Assembly (NCBI RefSeq): GCF_964204645.1
Contig: NC_134033.1
Span: 16,190,655-16,254,654 of the forward strand
DNA length: 64,000 bases
DNA from: Tubulanus polymorphus
Taxonomy: Eukaryota > Animalia > Nemertea
Direction of reading: 5' to 3'
In this document: positions 11,028 through 40,829 of the stretch, one piece after another
Layout: every line of letters starts with the position of its first letter
Numbering within the stretch: the first letter of the stretch is position 1
Notes under the pieces: model-generated
Database searches by the model: none
What the model was told of the DNA's origin: nothing
Seen by the model: the letters and a program-made list of their open reading frames with translations, nothing else
Program-made: the position numbers and the translations under genes

Positions 11028-11578
11028 GATAAGCATAGGTCAGTTGCGCAGTCATGGCTGTAAGACCGGTCCATAGCCAGTCTAATTTAGGGCGGATCAA
11101 CATCACGACTGCGAGCGCCACGGGACCAACAAAATTATGTTTTCTTTCCATTTCTCTTAACTTAAGGTGTCATCATGTCGCAAACGGCAGATTTCCACTC
11201 ATCAATAAACTCACATCCTTATCTCGTGTATTGGTTCGACTCCATTTCCATGTGTAAAACACGCTAGTGCTCAGCCAACCATGCCTTATAAATAAACGTT
11301 TATCTTATCTTATCTTCGATAATCTTATACATTTGATAAAGTCAGGATGAATAAAGAAATCTGAACTTATCTTATCGTATCACTGCTAACATTGCTAACA
11401 TTGTACCCAGGTGTCGTCAAGATCGACAAACTATTAACAAAGCTAAGTAGCGGAAAGACAGACACAAAGACACACAGATATTAAACCTGAGAATGAATAT
11501 ATTTGAACATAGATTTCACTGATCTTGAAAACACTTCAATTTGCGCCAGCTGCAGTGCTTACTTCAATACGATACTGT

Positions 11579-12571
11579 TCAATCGCATATAACACGATCT
11601 ACAGGCGCGTCTTTCGATCCGACCGAATACCTCCACATACTCAAAGCTCGATTACCCAGTTTAAGGGTTTCGCTCATGATTCCATCTTTTAAAGTTCTAG
11701 TGACGAACGGAAAGTGTCCGTGTAACGCCGCGCAGTCGGTATGTACGACCCTAAAAGTACGAAACGTCCTGTGCGACACGTGGTGAGATGTACATTTCTT
11801 GTCGATATCCCCGTAACGATCTAGTAATACTTTTCTCCACTTGCGAGGCGCCGGTAACATCATTCCCATAAAAGGAACTTTAACGAGTGGGAAAATATCG
11901 GAGTTGTTCCTTCGTACCCACGGCTGAAATGTTGAATCTTTTATATATTCATCTATATGCACATAAGGCCATATATCGACAAGTGGCCAATGCGAGTACG
12001 AAAAAGATAATTTCCACGGGCGACTTTTAAACATTTTTATTTTCATATGTTTTACTTGCGGATCGTTGTCGTCGAAGACTTTCCTAATCTTCAATAAATC
12101 CTTTTTTGACAACTGAACGTCGAAATCGTCGTCCCAGGGCACCGGTCCGTGGTGACGATAGGCGCCGATCAACGAACCGGAAAACAGAAAATACTTGATA
12201 TTCAATCTGCGCATCAACGCATCGAACTGTCTCACCAGTAATCTGTATTGCGCTTTCCATTTTGGCTGGAGCTCCCTCGCGACGAATTTCATACGCAACC
12301 GATTCGACAGAGAGGAGCTCGATGTCTTCGCCCCCTCGATATTATCCTCGCGAAATTCGTAATAACTGTTCACGGAATGCACACTCTTCTTCGCCAGCGG
12401 TAGATACTTTAGTTCACCGGCTCGTCGGAATGTTTGAAAATTCACGAACAATGCGGAAATCGCGATGACGGAACAAACTCCGAGTAAACACAAACAAATT
12501 CTCAAACTCGAGACCATCCCAAAATACAGAGAATACTTGATTTTAACAGTTCTTTCACAATTTGGTTCCAT
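11579..12571 (-). CDS. LicD/fukutin-related nucleotidyltransferase-fold protein, type II membrane, intronless
   Basis: 330-aa ORF with an N-terminal TM anchor and the LicD signature YFLFSGSLIGAYRHHGPVPWDDDFDV, then WPLVDIWPY and DIFPLVKVPFMGMMLPAPR..L..RYG. Confidence 0.9.
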   Translation of the reverse strand: MEPNCERTVKIKYSLYFGMVSSLRICLCLLGVCSVIAISALFVNFQTFRRAGELKYLPLAKKSVHSVNSYYEFREDNIEGAKTSSSSLSNRLRMKFVARELQPKWKAQYRLLVRQFDALMRRLNIKYFLFSGSLIGAYRHHGPVPWDDDFDVQLSKKDLLKIRKVFDDNDPQVKHMKIKMFKSRPWKLSFSYSHWPLVDIWPYVHIDEYIKDSTFQPWVRRNNSDIFPLVKVPFMGMMLPAPRKWRKVLLDRYGDIDKKCTSHHVSHRTFRTFRVVHTDCAALHGHFPFVTRTLKDGIMSETLKLGNRALSMWRYSVGSKDAPVDRVICD

Positions 12572-13188
12572 CAGTGATTAATAAGGCATCTAGAACTTTG
12601 ATGGTTGAATAGATTTAGAAATTGAAGTTCAAGCTTAGGCTAATTGTTTAGACATAGTAGCCTAATCATGGATTCCATGGCTCAATTAGCCGTTGAAGCT
12701 ATTTTGGCTGCAAAATAGTAGCGAAAGCTTGTACTTCAAAGTTATCAGTCTGACTAGTTCGGGAACCACTAGTGAACACAGTTTATTGACGCAATCTGGT
12801 TCCAGCAAAAGAAAACAGCTTGATATCAATAAAGGCTGTGTTTAGGTTATCGACCAAGCACCGCACGCGCTCATTGTAACATCGAACCCCGTTATTTTAA
12901 GAGCAACAGCTTAATATGATAATATATCTTATGTACTGGTAATCCACATTCGACGGTGACAACAACAGCGGCAGGGTTCGTTTCATTTTACTTTATTACG
13001 AGGGAGAATGAAAATATCGAAAATGATTGTCTCTGTTTCAATTAAATGCGACGATATATAGTTTGATGTTAAAGGTTTAGCGAGCTAATTCTTAATTCTA
13101 AATAAAGTTTTTTTTTCATATGTTCTTCTTGAATCACTGGTATTTGTATGGCATTGGTAAAAAAAACAATTAACAACCTCTCAGTAAA

Positions 13189-13371
13189 TGACCCCTATAC
13201 CATAGTTAACATTAAACAACTTTCCAGTAGCTGACCCCTATATACCATGGTTAACATTAAACAACCTTCCAGTAGCTGACCCCTATATACCATGGTTAAC
13301 ATTAAACAACTTTCCAGTAGCTGACCCCTATATACCATGGTTAACATTAAACAACCTTCCAGTAGCTGACC
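13189..13371. repeat. 45-bp minisatellite, 4 copies
   Basis: tgacccctatataccatggttaacattaaacaac(c/t)ttccagtagc with alternating variants. Confidence 0.92.
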
Positions 13372-13846
13372 GACCGGTGAGGGCGCATTTTCATTGGACA
13401 TTCTACTACGTGTATAATACACTTCAATCGCTCTAGTCACAAATTGATTTACATATACATCGTATAAAATACTTCGGTGCCAAAGCCAAAATGTCTGCAT
13501 CATAGATTAAAAATCAATGTTGCTTGTCTCACTAACTTTGCCCCCCCCCCCCCCTACTATATTCAATCCGCCAGCTCTTACACAATACACTGTACTGACA
13601 ATGAGAAGTAGACAACAAGATTGTGTGCAACATATTGGGAAACTCATATTCGCGTCTACCGGATAACAATGAAGCAAACAATGAAGTTAGATAAAAATTT
13701 TGATAACAACAGGGAGCATCGATTGCTAAACGCCAGATTCGGACTTGAATTTCAATAGAGGCATAGCTCAACTGCTGTCACCAGAACGCGATCAGAATAC
13801 ACACATATTTCTATAACGGCAGTTTCTGAATGCGGCGAAGCAGAGG

Positions 13847-14917
13847 ATGGCAGACGAGATGGCCTCCAGCTCAATAATTATCGGTAACACTACTAGTACC
13901 GGTAGCAGCACCGCCACCGCTGAACCACTTTTCCGATGCCCCGTCAATTTTCTCTACGTCTTCAGATTCAACACTCTCGTCTATGCCCTGGGACCTATAT
14001 GCGCCTTGGGTATCTGTTTAAACGCTTTCAACGTATGCGTATTTCGACGCATGCGAGAGAGCGGGCAAGCTATCTACTTGCTCACGTTAATGTCCTGCGC
14101 GGATATCATCTATTTGGCGAACATCTTTCTCGACGGCCCGGTCCGTTTCGTAACGTCCTACGTCGTTTTCGGCGATGAGGTTTTCCGTCGTCGGCACACG
14201 ACTCTGTTTCCGATTTGGAATTGGATCGCGATCGCCTCGTACAAGTCGACGATGACCGTGCGAAATTGGGCCGTAGTTCTGACGGCCGTCGTTAGGTGTC
14301 TCCACATTTTATTTCCGCTGTGGTCGCGACGAGTCGTCGATCGTCGGTTCGTGAACGTCTGCGCGACAACAATCGTCGCCATAGCAGCCGTGTTATTCGT
14401 ACCGCGCTATTTCGGGTCGAAAATCATTTACGAACTGCCCTGTAAGGAGGCCCCGAGTTCGAGCCCGGTTTACGGTAAGTTCGTCAAAACCAAAGACATG
14501 GGTAAAATATTCACGCATATTTACATAGCGGTAACGGTGTGCGCACCGGCTCTGATACTGATTTTAGCCAATACGGTTTTGCTACGATCCGTCAGCCTTT
14601 CGAGTGTATCTCACAAAAAGATATCGACGAAAAGCGAAAACGACTCAAAACCGGGTTCGAACGCCAGGGCCACGCAGTTAGTCATAATAGCGACGTTCGT
14701 TTATCTGGTTTGCGAATTGCCGACTTTGATCTCTAGAATAGTTGAGTATTTTGTGAAATATGACCGAACGTTGTTAATGTTGTGCGTATCGGCAATCAGG
14801 GATAAACTAACCCCGCTGGACGCTGCTATCAATTGCCTCATATTCGTAATAGCCAGCGCCCATTTTAGAAAAACTGCCAGAAATATGCTATGCAAAGGTC
14901 GAAAAGCTAGCAACTAA
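13847..14917 (+). CDS. Rhodopsin-class 7TM GPCR, FMRFamide/sex-peptide-receptor-like group, intronless
   Basis: 356-aa ORF with seven hydrophobic segments; GICLNAFN (TM1), YLLTLMSCADIIYL (TM2), RC..ILFPL (TM3/IL2), LVCELP (TM6), AAINCLIF..AS..FR (TM7/helix 8). Confidence 0.9.
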   Translation: MADEMASSSIIIGNTTSTGSSTATAEPLFRCPVNFLYVFRFNTLVYALGPICALGICLNAFNVCVFRRMRESGQAIYLLTLMSCADIIYLANIFLDGPVRFVTSYVVFGDEVFRRRHTTLFPIWNWIAIASYKSTMTVRNWAVVLTAVVRCLHILFPLWSRRVVDRRFVNVCATTIVAIAAVLFVPRYFGSKIIYELPCKEAPSSSPVYGKFVKTKDMGKIFTHIYIAVTVCAPALILILANTVLLRSVSLSSVSHKKISTKSENDSKPGSNARATQLVIIATFVYLVCELPTLISRIVEYFVKYDRTLLMLCVSAIRDKLTPLDAAINCLIFVIASAHFRKTARNMLCKGRKASN

Positions 14918-15013
14918 CCCCCGATTAGCCAACCTGACAGGCAACTTTGGAGAAGTACCCTTTTTGCAAATATGTTACATCCAATATCACGTGCCCCCCA
15001 AAATCAAATTTGA

Positions 15014-15335
15014 TGGAACCTGATGGCATCGCTACACTCAGCCGCGGCACGAACCCCTGCCACACTAGACCGGCTGCGCAGGTACATGCGCAGGTGTACC
15101 GCGCGAAGACTTGCAGCGCCAATCAGATTGCTCGTTGTATAATCGCTGAGGTAAATATCACGGAATAACTATAATTGGGAAAATCAGGGTTAAAATAAAA
15201 CGGGATATCTGATTGGCTAATAATGACATCTAAACTGGGCGCGTAGCTGCGCACACGGCTGCGCACACGGGAAGTGTGGCAGGGTTCCGTACCGTGGCAA
15301 TCACGATTCCATTAGGTTCGAATCCCTGTCGGGAG
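15014..15335. mobile_element. Palindromic MITE family B
   Basis: gaacctgatggcatcg..cctgccacac ... gtgtggcaggg..cgattccattaggttc. A second copy at about 44550-44822 shares internal sequence (ccaatcagatt..ctcgttgtata..aaaacggga). Confidence 0.7.
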
Positions 15336-16640
15336 AGGATGAACCTTCTGACGCTTCAGATGAATGATATGATTCAAAATGATTTACATAAAGTTCTTGG
15401 TGGTGCCGATAGATGGCGAGCTGATAGCGAATCGCATCCAGGCGTTTCTTCCCGTTTGGAAAGAAACGGAACTGTAACGGCCATTTTAAATCAAAATCAT
15501 TTTCAGTTACGTCAAACGGTTACGTAATCAAAGAGACGTAGAGCGCCATCTATTCATGATAATTCAGAAAATAATGTTCGAATTTTGAATCAGGAAAGCG
15601 TCATTAGAGGAATATCTCATACGGAGCACATTTTCTAGTTAGTCTCGTTGCCCGATTTGCATAAAACGGTTCGTGACCGTTAGATGGCGAGTTGGTTGTA
15701 AATTATGGGATTCGAACATCGCGTTGCAAGAGTCCAATGTCATCAGGTTCGAATCCTAGCCGAGGAGGGAGGACATCTGCGGGATTTTGGTCGTTTCCTT
15801 TCCATTGATATCCATCGATACGAAAAATATAAGATAGCGAGCGATTTTAAAGTGAAATACAAGTTTTAATCACATTTATTCAATATATATATTTATAACA
15901 TACTATATTTCATACCCGTACAAAATACTATAATCATAATAAAACGATATTCAAATTTACATAAAGTAAGAAACATTATTTCTGAACGCAGTTTATAACA
16001 AATTCCCTATACAAAACAAATAATACATCACCGTTAAGAAATCAATAAATTCTGTTTTTTTTCATTTCGAAAATACGGTTCTTATCCTTTTCAAAGTGTA
16101 CCAGATCCCTGGTACATCATTTACAGTTGCTATAATCTATCTGTCCCCAGGAATCAGATCCACAGTTGTTGGTCATGACTCTTGTGGATTAAAACACAAT
16201 TAATTTACAATGATCTGATTTCAACTGTAGTCAAATCTTAACCGACAATCGCGGAACTGGATTCAGCAGGAGCCAGATGCACGGTCGTGACTTAGACGAG
16301 TCACACTCGAGATCCAATCTCAAACCATCTTAGTTTTATAATAAATCTTACGACTTAAGACAAATCTTAAAATTTGAGACGTTTCAGATTAAGTCACGAC
16401 CGTTGCTCGAGTCCATAGTTGAGACTGGAGTCCAAACGTGCTATCAAAAGGCTAGGGCTGATCATAGTAAATCAAAATTTGATTCGAGTTCTATGGGCTG
16501 ATAGGGCTGTTGGATAAGCTAAAGAACTCGGTTGGTCCTAGATTAGTCTTAAATCTAAGCCACAGCTATCGAACTGGGGTCCAAGTTTTATACCCCAATC
16601 ACTTATAGAAAATATATACTGAATCGTACGTACGTCCTAT

Positions 16641-33191
<16,551 letters not shown>

Positions 33192-36100
33192 CTCTGTTCC
33201 CGATATCCATTCAATAGCTGCGACAAGCGTAACCAGTCCAACCAGTATAATGCACGCCGTCCCTCCCGAGAATTCCACGCGGCAACCAGTCTATTTATTT
33301 GATACGGATCTAAAAAAGGAAGACAAATTAAAAATCAATCGACCGAAACTCAGTCCCCAATAATCCCCGTAAATCCCTTGACTCAATACGTCAAGATAAT
33401 CTTCATAATGTTGTATCCACGAAATACTGATTAAACCCGGTATTTCAGATAGCGTCGAATCCGGGCCACATATTCGTGACACTTTGCAGAACTCTCGACT
33501 AATTCCTACTCATAACTGTCAAAAAATATTTGCGTAGATAATCTACGGAAAATTACGTTTTTAAAGCGATGCTGCATAAGCCATAAATGCATCCCTAAAA
33601 ATGAGCCTCCGGATTGAATTAATCCTTCGCGAATAAAGAATTCGGAAACGAAAATTACAAAAAAACCATAGTTCCACAGTTAAATATCCTAGAAGTAAAA
33701 TCTTTACTCATAACTGTGGAATCGGGTCCTAGGTCTGGAGAATGAAAAAGTTGAAGCTTAATACGGTTTGTTCGCATGGAAAACATGCAGTTATCATTCG
33801 CAAACTATGTAATTGTAATTGTATATAAATTCGATTTTAAATTTTGTCGTGAAACTGGTCCCGACTCCAGTCAAATATTAGCTGAGAACTATGGACCCGG
33901 TTGTCGGCAAAAATCCGAAAGAAAAACAAACTTGACATTCGTTAAAATTCGTCGTCATGAGCTAATTTTATGACTGTAAATTCATCGCGCAAAATCGTTG
34001 TAATTTATTTCGGTGAAATTCTGTGACCGTAAATGAAGTTCAAACCACACTACGAAACTGTATCGTGTTTTGTATTATGAACTATTGCTGTTTTTATAGA
34101 TTTGATGGTTTGTGATAACGAGCAAGCAGCTGTCAACATATAACGAGCCGACATACTCTGACGCTCGGAGGGTGTATAGTAGTTATTTGTGAGGAGGTGT
34201 TCTGTTTCTCGATGGCTCTCTTCGCAGACGATCTAGCTGTCATTTTCTATGAGTACTAAGTGGTATTTGAGAGACGAGAGTTTGGATCCTCGGGGAATTC
34301 GGGTGTTAACTCGATTCTCATCTTGTAAATCGCTGCGGGATGATCAATTTCACAACTAACCGACCGACTCATGAAACTTGTATCATATCATTCGCGATTG
34401 AGCTATCGTTCTGTCTCGTCGTTTCTCGTCGTTTCTCGCTCTGACCAACGCGTCATCGTAGCGCCAAGTGGAACTGAATATTCGCACGACCCGTACAGTC
34501 AACTGGCTATTGGTTGCTAGAAAATTAGTTTCTTTTGTACGATAAGTGCCTCGTAATCGCCGATTTTATCTATTTTCCAAAAAAGAAAAACAAAAAAACC
34601 TGTTTCTAAAAAGAACATCCTTTATCGTCGCTTTAATGATTGGATTTGAAGTCAAAATCCCGAAACCGTTAGGATATAGATAAGATATTCTATCAATTTG
34701 CGTGGGATCTTATTCGTGGTCTGAACTGAGGTGAATCCCGAATACAAATACAGCATCAGTGAGTTAACAGTTAACTCTGAGTTGAAATCAGTTCATTTCC
34801 AACGAGTTTTAAACCCCAGTCTAATACAAACTCACAACTGTCGAACTGGGTCCAGAGCTGCAAAAACACCGAAAACACCCTCCCGGGGCCCAGTCACTTA
34901 GAGTCAACTCTTGAGTTGAGATCAGTACATTTCCAATGAGTTACCTTTTACGCTTAAGTCAAATCCTAACATACAACTGTGGAACTGAGTCCAGCCCTTT
35001 TTTCGAACGATCATTTTTGACTGATTCAAACCAATTATCATCTAGTTTTCTCTGGGAGTCTGTTAATATTCGTCCTATAAACCTCTCAGAACGATCGATC
35101 GATAAAACCCCAGCTGTAATTTCTAATTAAAACTAATGACAATCTCGATGCTGACGAGAGAAAGATGTGAAAATCTAATTTGTGTAATCACTGTTTTACG
35201 ACTCGAGAAACATTAAAAACACAGTTTGGGGCCATTGACTGAAGGGGGCTTCATGGGTACAATATTGGCACAGTTTGGGTCATTGACAAAGTATGTACGC
35301 ATCTATGGGGGATGGGGGCTTCGGGGTACAAAATTAGCCATTTTCCTTCATGCACATATAATGCTAAATATTTTGTGCGGATGAGTGATGAACCAGTGGC
35401 TTACCTGTTCAAGTTCCAAAATATCTAATCATGTATTTCGATTGAAACTAGAAATTAGGTAAATTCGACCGATCATCCTGTGTCAGTATTTCGATTTCCG
35501 ATTTCAAAATGTAAGCATCAAATCAAAACCAAATCAATAACATAAATAACAGGGACTAACATCCCTATTAGAAAGGATCGTCAAAAAGAATTGTCATCAA
35601 AATTTGGGTTTGCACTCTATGAACTGTCCATTACATCCAGCTCCATCTAAACGATATCTTGTGTACAAAAAATGCTCAAAAAACCATTTTCGACACGTTT
35701 TCGAATTCGGAAGTTTTTCTTGACATTGAGTGTTTAAATACGCATAAAATCGGGCACTGATTCGACCCTTTTGGATAAGCATCGATAGATTTTTGGATAA
35801 GAGATCAGAAAACGCTTTCAAATGTCGGAAATCTCGTTACATAAATCGGTCGTAAGAGAGATCAGTAAGATCACGAAGGGCGCTGACAACTTGCAGCAGC
35901 GGCAGCAGCAGCAGCACTCATAAACAAATTGAAGGGCTGAAAAATCCGAGAAATCTGACATGAAAATACATTAGTTAAATGTGTTCTACTCTCTCACTGG
36001 ATATGATGATGTCAGACGATTTTCCGTAGTCCATTAAAACATCAGATCGGAGTAGATCAGAAAGCCTTTTCCTCCGTCGCCAGCGACTGCTCCACGCTGT

Positions 36101-37384
36101 ATACAGCGAGGGGCAGCAGAGAGAGAGAGAGAGAGAGCAATCTCCGATAAAAAGCATTACAGGATACAGAGGCGGCCAAGAGAGCAAATTATTATTGAGT
36201 CGATTTTTTGCCGTTGATATTGAAATAGGATGAATCATACGTACAGCTACCGGGCCGTCTGCTAACAGGGAGCCGCCCGTCCTCCTGCAACTCCCAAGTG
36301 AAAAGTTTCCTAAAATATCCCATCCGTCCCGACTCCTTGGGCTTCCTAAAAATCCTTGAGTGCCTCACAACCGCGGTATTCCGAATCCGACAGTCAATGA
36401 TCGAAAGATGAGAAAAATCTAGCAATATGAAAAGCCAGAATCAAGGCTCCGTTGCGTGGTCTTGACGTAAGAGCGTCGTGTGGTTTGAAGACTGGTCTAA
36501 AGTTGTTGGATTGGTTGAAGAAACAGAATTTCCCAATTGTAAACTTCGATTCAAACAAAAAGATTCTGTAAATTCGACCGCTGATCACGCAACTTCGATT
36601 TCCGATTTCAAAAGCAAACCCCCTGTTTCGTTCCCGGCAGGTGCGGTGGATTCGTAAGGGACACCAAATCAAACGAAATCTACTAATCAAATAAATAACA
36701 GCGTCATTCCCCGTTTTAAGAATCGGAATGAACTTAGTCTGGCCTTATATGTAAGCCTTGTCTGTGCAACGACTGGCTACGGCAATTTTTTCCTTTATGC
36801 GAATTATCGAGGAATAAACAAAACAGGCGTAACTCAAAATCAACGAGTCGTATACGTCATATAAACATATATACTTCTGGCTCGGAAAAGTTTCGAATCA
36901 ATGGAATCTACCGACCAGCGATATCAATTTTTAATTTTTAGTGAATTACGCGCGCACACACACAATTGATTAATACGTACGTATCCCTTTCTAAACATAC
37001 GAGTTACCCACAGGCTATAAACATCAAAGTACGTGCTATAAAATATTTACATACACCCTACATTGAACTGACTCTAACTCCATCTCTCTCTCTCTCTCTC
37101 TCTAGTCAGGTGCCGGTGTTCAGGTGTTTATATTGTGTAAGTGGTATCGGTAAATTGATTGTTTCATATTCTATTGTTGAATTACAACAACCAGTCGGTG
37201 GATAAAACGCCCGCTCAAATTCTCCGTCAAGTAGCAATACCGAAATTCGATACCGGGGGGTTACTTCTATACTACCAGCTCGGGAGAAAGTTATACGGAC
37301 CTAACACACATCGTGGGCAATGTAATTCCCACTATCGGTGACTGACTATGATTCAATTGAAGAAAATATTCACAATTATGACGA

Positions 37385-37802
37385 AAAACTAAGAGAGTAG
37401 CGACGTTTTTTACTCAATGTTCTATAAGCTCGTTTCAAAGCTTTTTCAAAAATAGCCCGTCGAGCAATTGAGTCTAAACGGCACAATAATTAATACTTTC
37501 TCAGTTGTAAAAATGGCAGAACTGAGTCTAAACGTCACTAAACTCTTGAATTGTTTATTTAAATGGCTCATATCGAGTCTATACGTCAGTACTCTCTTAG
37601 TTTTTGAAAATGTCTCGTAGAATTGAGTCTAAACTTCGCAACTCTTAGTTTTGAAAATGGCTTATAGAATCGAGTCTAAACGTTACTACTCTCTTAGTTT
37701 TTGAAAATGGCTCAAAGAATTGAGTCCAAGCGTCACAACTCTCTTAAAGTTTTCAAAAAGGCTCACGAAACGTCAATACTGTCTTAGTTTTGAAAACGGC
37801 TC
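37385..37802. repeat. Degenerate ~47-bp tandem array with an inverted first copy (MITE-derived)
   Basis: actcttagtttttgaaaatggctc..gaattgagtctaaacgtc units; inverted aaaactaagagagtag at 37385; the same motif recurs at about 41605-41715. Confidence 0.7.
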
Positions 37803-40011
37803 TTCGATTTTTCTCATAATTATGGTCTTTTCAATTCCCATAAAGCCTACCGAAATTATAGTATATCGTAGAGATGAAAATATCTAAGCAGCCATCGCGG
37901 AGATATCTCAAAGCCGAGTTTCCCCCCGATGACACGACAAAGCTGTGAATCAGAAATGGTTACCAGCCTTTGGGCGTTTCAAAGACGTCATCTTGTAAAG
38001 CCGCGACGGAGGCTACATTTTATGAAAAGCCTAATCCCGTTGAGATGGCGAATTTTATGTAAGAAATCTGAAATAATGTGCGCGCGTTGCCTCAAAGCAA
38101 GATCTCTAATTATAGCACCAGAACTCGTTATATATAAATTTAAAAGATTAAAAGAGAAACTGACTACAGAAATCGTTCGAAACTTCACGTTTTTAAGCTA
38201 TAAACTGTACCTACTCAATCAACGTTTCGACCGAAAATAGCAAAAGTACATGAAGAGATATTTTATGTATTTTCGCTAATAGTCATCTCCAGGAATTAGG
38301 TTATAGTCGAAACTTTGAATCAATAAATTCATAGCTAAAGGACATTTTTCGGATTTTATCTTCCGTTATATTAGAGTGTGGATATTTTTTCTACGTTATA
38401 TCGTCACAACAGGGAATAGTTTTTCACGAATGGTTTTCCCGTTTTTAAATTTTTACAATCGATAAATAAATTTCGTTTTTTAATCGTTTCAATTTGTATA
38501 CAGTGGGTTTTAAGTCTATTCTCCTCGTCTGAATTAAACTATTTTACTACGATTTACGATATTCATATTTTGGAACAGGAACCTATCACGATGTAGATTT
38601 TGGGATCTATCGTTGAACAACAATCCAGTTTCAAATAATTCTAATAATTCTATTCTCGCAGTTTTGAAGATCTAGAAGATATTCGTTTCGAAAAAAATTC
38701 CATGACATTCTTTGTTTTTGTTTTCAATTATTACAAATTTCGATTTGAAGATCTGAAAAATCGTCGCCTTACCTGCCTCGGCGTTAGAAGTATTCAGCCA
38801 TTTACGCCCGAAACGACCGGTACCTACCGGAAGTCAATGACAAAGTTCCATTTGTATTTTCTGACAGTTTTTGAAATATTCCTGTCGTATTTTACGGCCG
38901 TGCGTATTTCCGTTTCCGGTCGATAGCGTTCGAAAGAAAATGAACACACGGGAAAAATCTCTCAATCACATTGAAAACATCCTGTGCAGTCTAAAAACTC
39001 AGAGGGAAGTGCTCCAGTTACTGTAGATCGCGGAGTTTCCCGGATTGAGAAGAACTTCCACACGTACGCGCTGCCGAGCGCCGGTTGTAATGGCTGACGG
39101 ATGGAGACAATATAATAAGCTCGAGACGCGCTCGGAGTCAATTATATTCTGAATCAATGAGGCCGAATCCTACTTCAGATCGATGCTCTATTTACACAAG
39201 GGATCCAGTAGACTTGCGGAACATCGCGCCATTTACATTATCACTTAAAACTAAATATTTTGAAGTATCGTTTTTACCGTATAGAAAAATCTAAAATTAG
39301 AAAGGCGCTCTCGATAAATCGTTAAAGCAGTTTCCACATATTTGAATTTCATATTTATAGTCGATTCTGCGGTGTAATCGACACATCAAATGCATTTATT
39401 CGTTTTACCAAAATGTAAATTTGTTAACTGAGAATGAATTTCAGCCAGTAAACCGTTAAAAACCGTTACATATTCAAATTCAAAATATTTCCGTCGACTA
39501 ATTCCCTCTTAATGATAGTGAACATATCTTCAAATAAATATTTCACAACCTTAAAAAAATGCCGAACTTCTAAGCTGTTAATCTAACACGAATTTCCGCA
39601 TTAACATAAACCGTTAAAAACCGTTTCCGATATTTGAATTTCATATTTTCAGCCTAATTTGATTTTAGCGCAGACTGGAAATTAGATTAGAACATCTTTT
39701 TAATCCCGTTTTGAAACGTATAATTGAACGCAAACGGATTATATCCGATTGAAAAAAAAATGTCGACCAGTTGGGAATTAGTTCTTTCATCTTAAAAAAC
39801 ACTTAACGGCATCATCTTTGATTCCGAAAAATAAATTAAGTCCTTAATCATCTTTGCATTAATATCACCGATCTATATATCTATGTACAGAGTGTTTGCA
39901 TTAGTATATTTCGACGCAAAAAAAACAATATCCGAACTTACCTCCGTATACGAAACCAGACGAGCCTGAATGGATCGATAATGAGAATTATCCGTCTGCG
40001 CCTCATCACTC

Positions 40012-40070
40012 AACAGACTGAACAGTTTCATTCCACGCCCCCTACTCTGCGTATTCCACCAATCACGTCG
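40012..40070 (-). promoter_or_regulatory. Candidate core promoter of the gogo-like gene
   Basis: Minus-strand initiator-like TTCAGTC at about 40022, GC box (ccacgccccc) and CCAAT upstream, strong donor GAG|gtaagt about 80 nt downstream at about 39941. Linkage to gogo is inferred. Confidence 0.45.
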
Positions 40071-40805
40071 CCTCGTTGCCTCGTTCGCTATCCATCTTAT
40101 TAATCATAAATGCTATTAAAGTATGATCCAAACAACACCGGTATGGAAGATGTTCCCGCCGTGATCAGATGCATGATTATTGATTCTGGATTTGTCTATA
40201 AATCAGAATATCAGATCTATAGGGCTATTATCAAACAATGCACGTGATATTAGATAAAGCGGGTTCGTACCAGCTCGTATAGAAAAATTATGGAAATGAT
40301 ATAGATCCAGTCCTCCAGATGGATCCAGAAATTTGGTTCTGGAAAACTGGTGCAGAATGATCAAAATTATCATAGAGATACTTCGCGATGCTCCCAATTT
40401 TGATTATAGAACCACATCTGACTTCAACACACTCACCAGACGCAATCAGTCGATACAGCTATTTAGTGTCTATAAATGTATTTTAGTGATCTAACCATGT
40501 GGTCCTCTAGTTTTTCTTGTGAGAGGTCCCGCGTTCGAATCATTGGATCGGTTTTGCCGAGAGCTAGGATTATGTTTGTTTTACTAGTCATGGGCCTATA
40601 AATTGAGTCTTACTCAGGGAATCTTTTCCTTTATGGAATAAAAATTTTTTCTTTGAAAATGCATGTGTAGAATCAAATGAAAAATTTCACCGCAATCTCC
40701 ATAGCCCAGTCCGGCGTTCGCGGTTCGTTGGACGCGTTGGACGCGGGCATGCTGCACGGCTCGTTATCCGGTCCATAAGTCCGCATCCGTGTCGTGTTAG
40801 ACGAA

Positions 40806-40815
40806 ATGACGTCAT
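40806..40815. promoter_or_regulatory. CRE/ATF palindrome ATGACGTCAT just upstream of the YIPF6 start codon
   Basis: Perfect 10-bp palindrome 15 bp before the ATG at 40830. Confidence 0.4.
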
Positions 40816-40829
40816 TGGGGAATACCATC

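Noticed and set aside
10780-11151. ORF with YIYI run
   Set aside because: Translation of the (TA)n microsatellite.
13195-13503. Repetitive 102-aa ORF
   Set aside because: Translation of the 45-bp minisatellite.
13936-14913. Overlapping alternative-frame and antisense ORFs in the GPCR (similar cases in LicD, gogo and ENaC exons)
   Set aside because: Shadow ORFs expected in GC-richer coding sequence.
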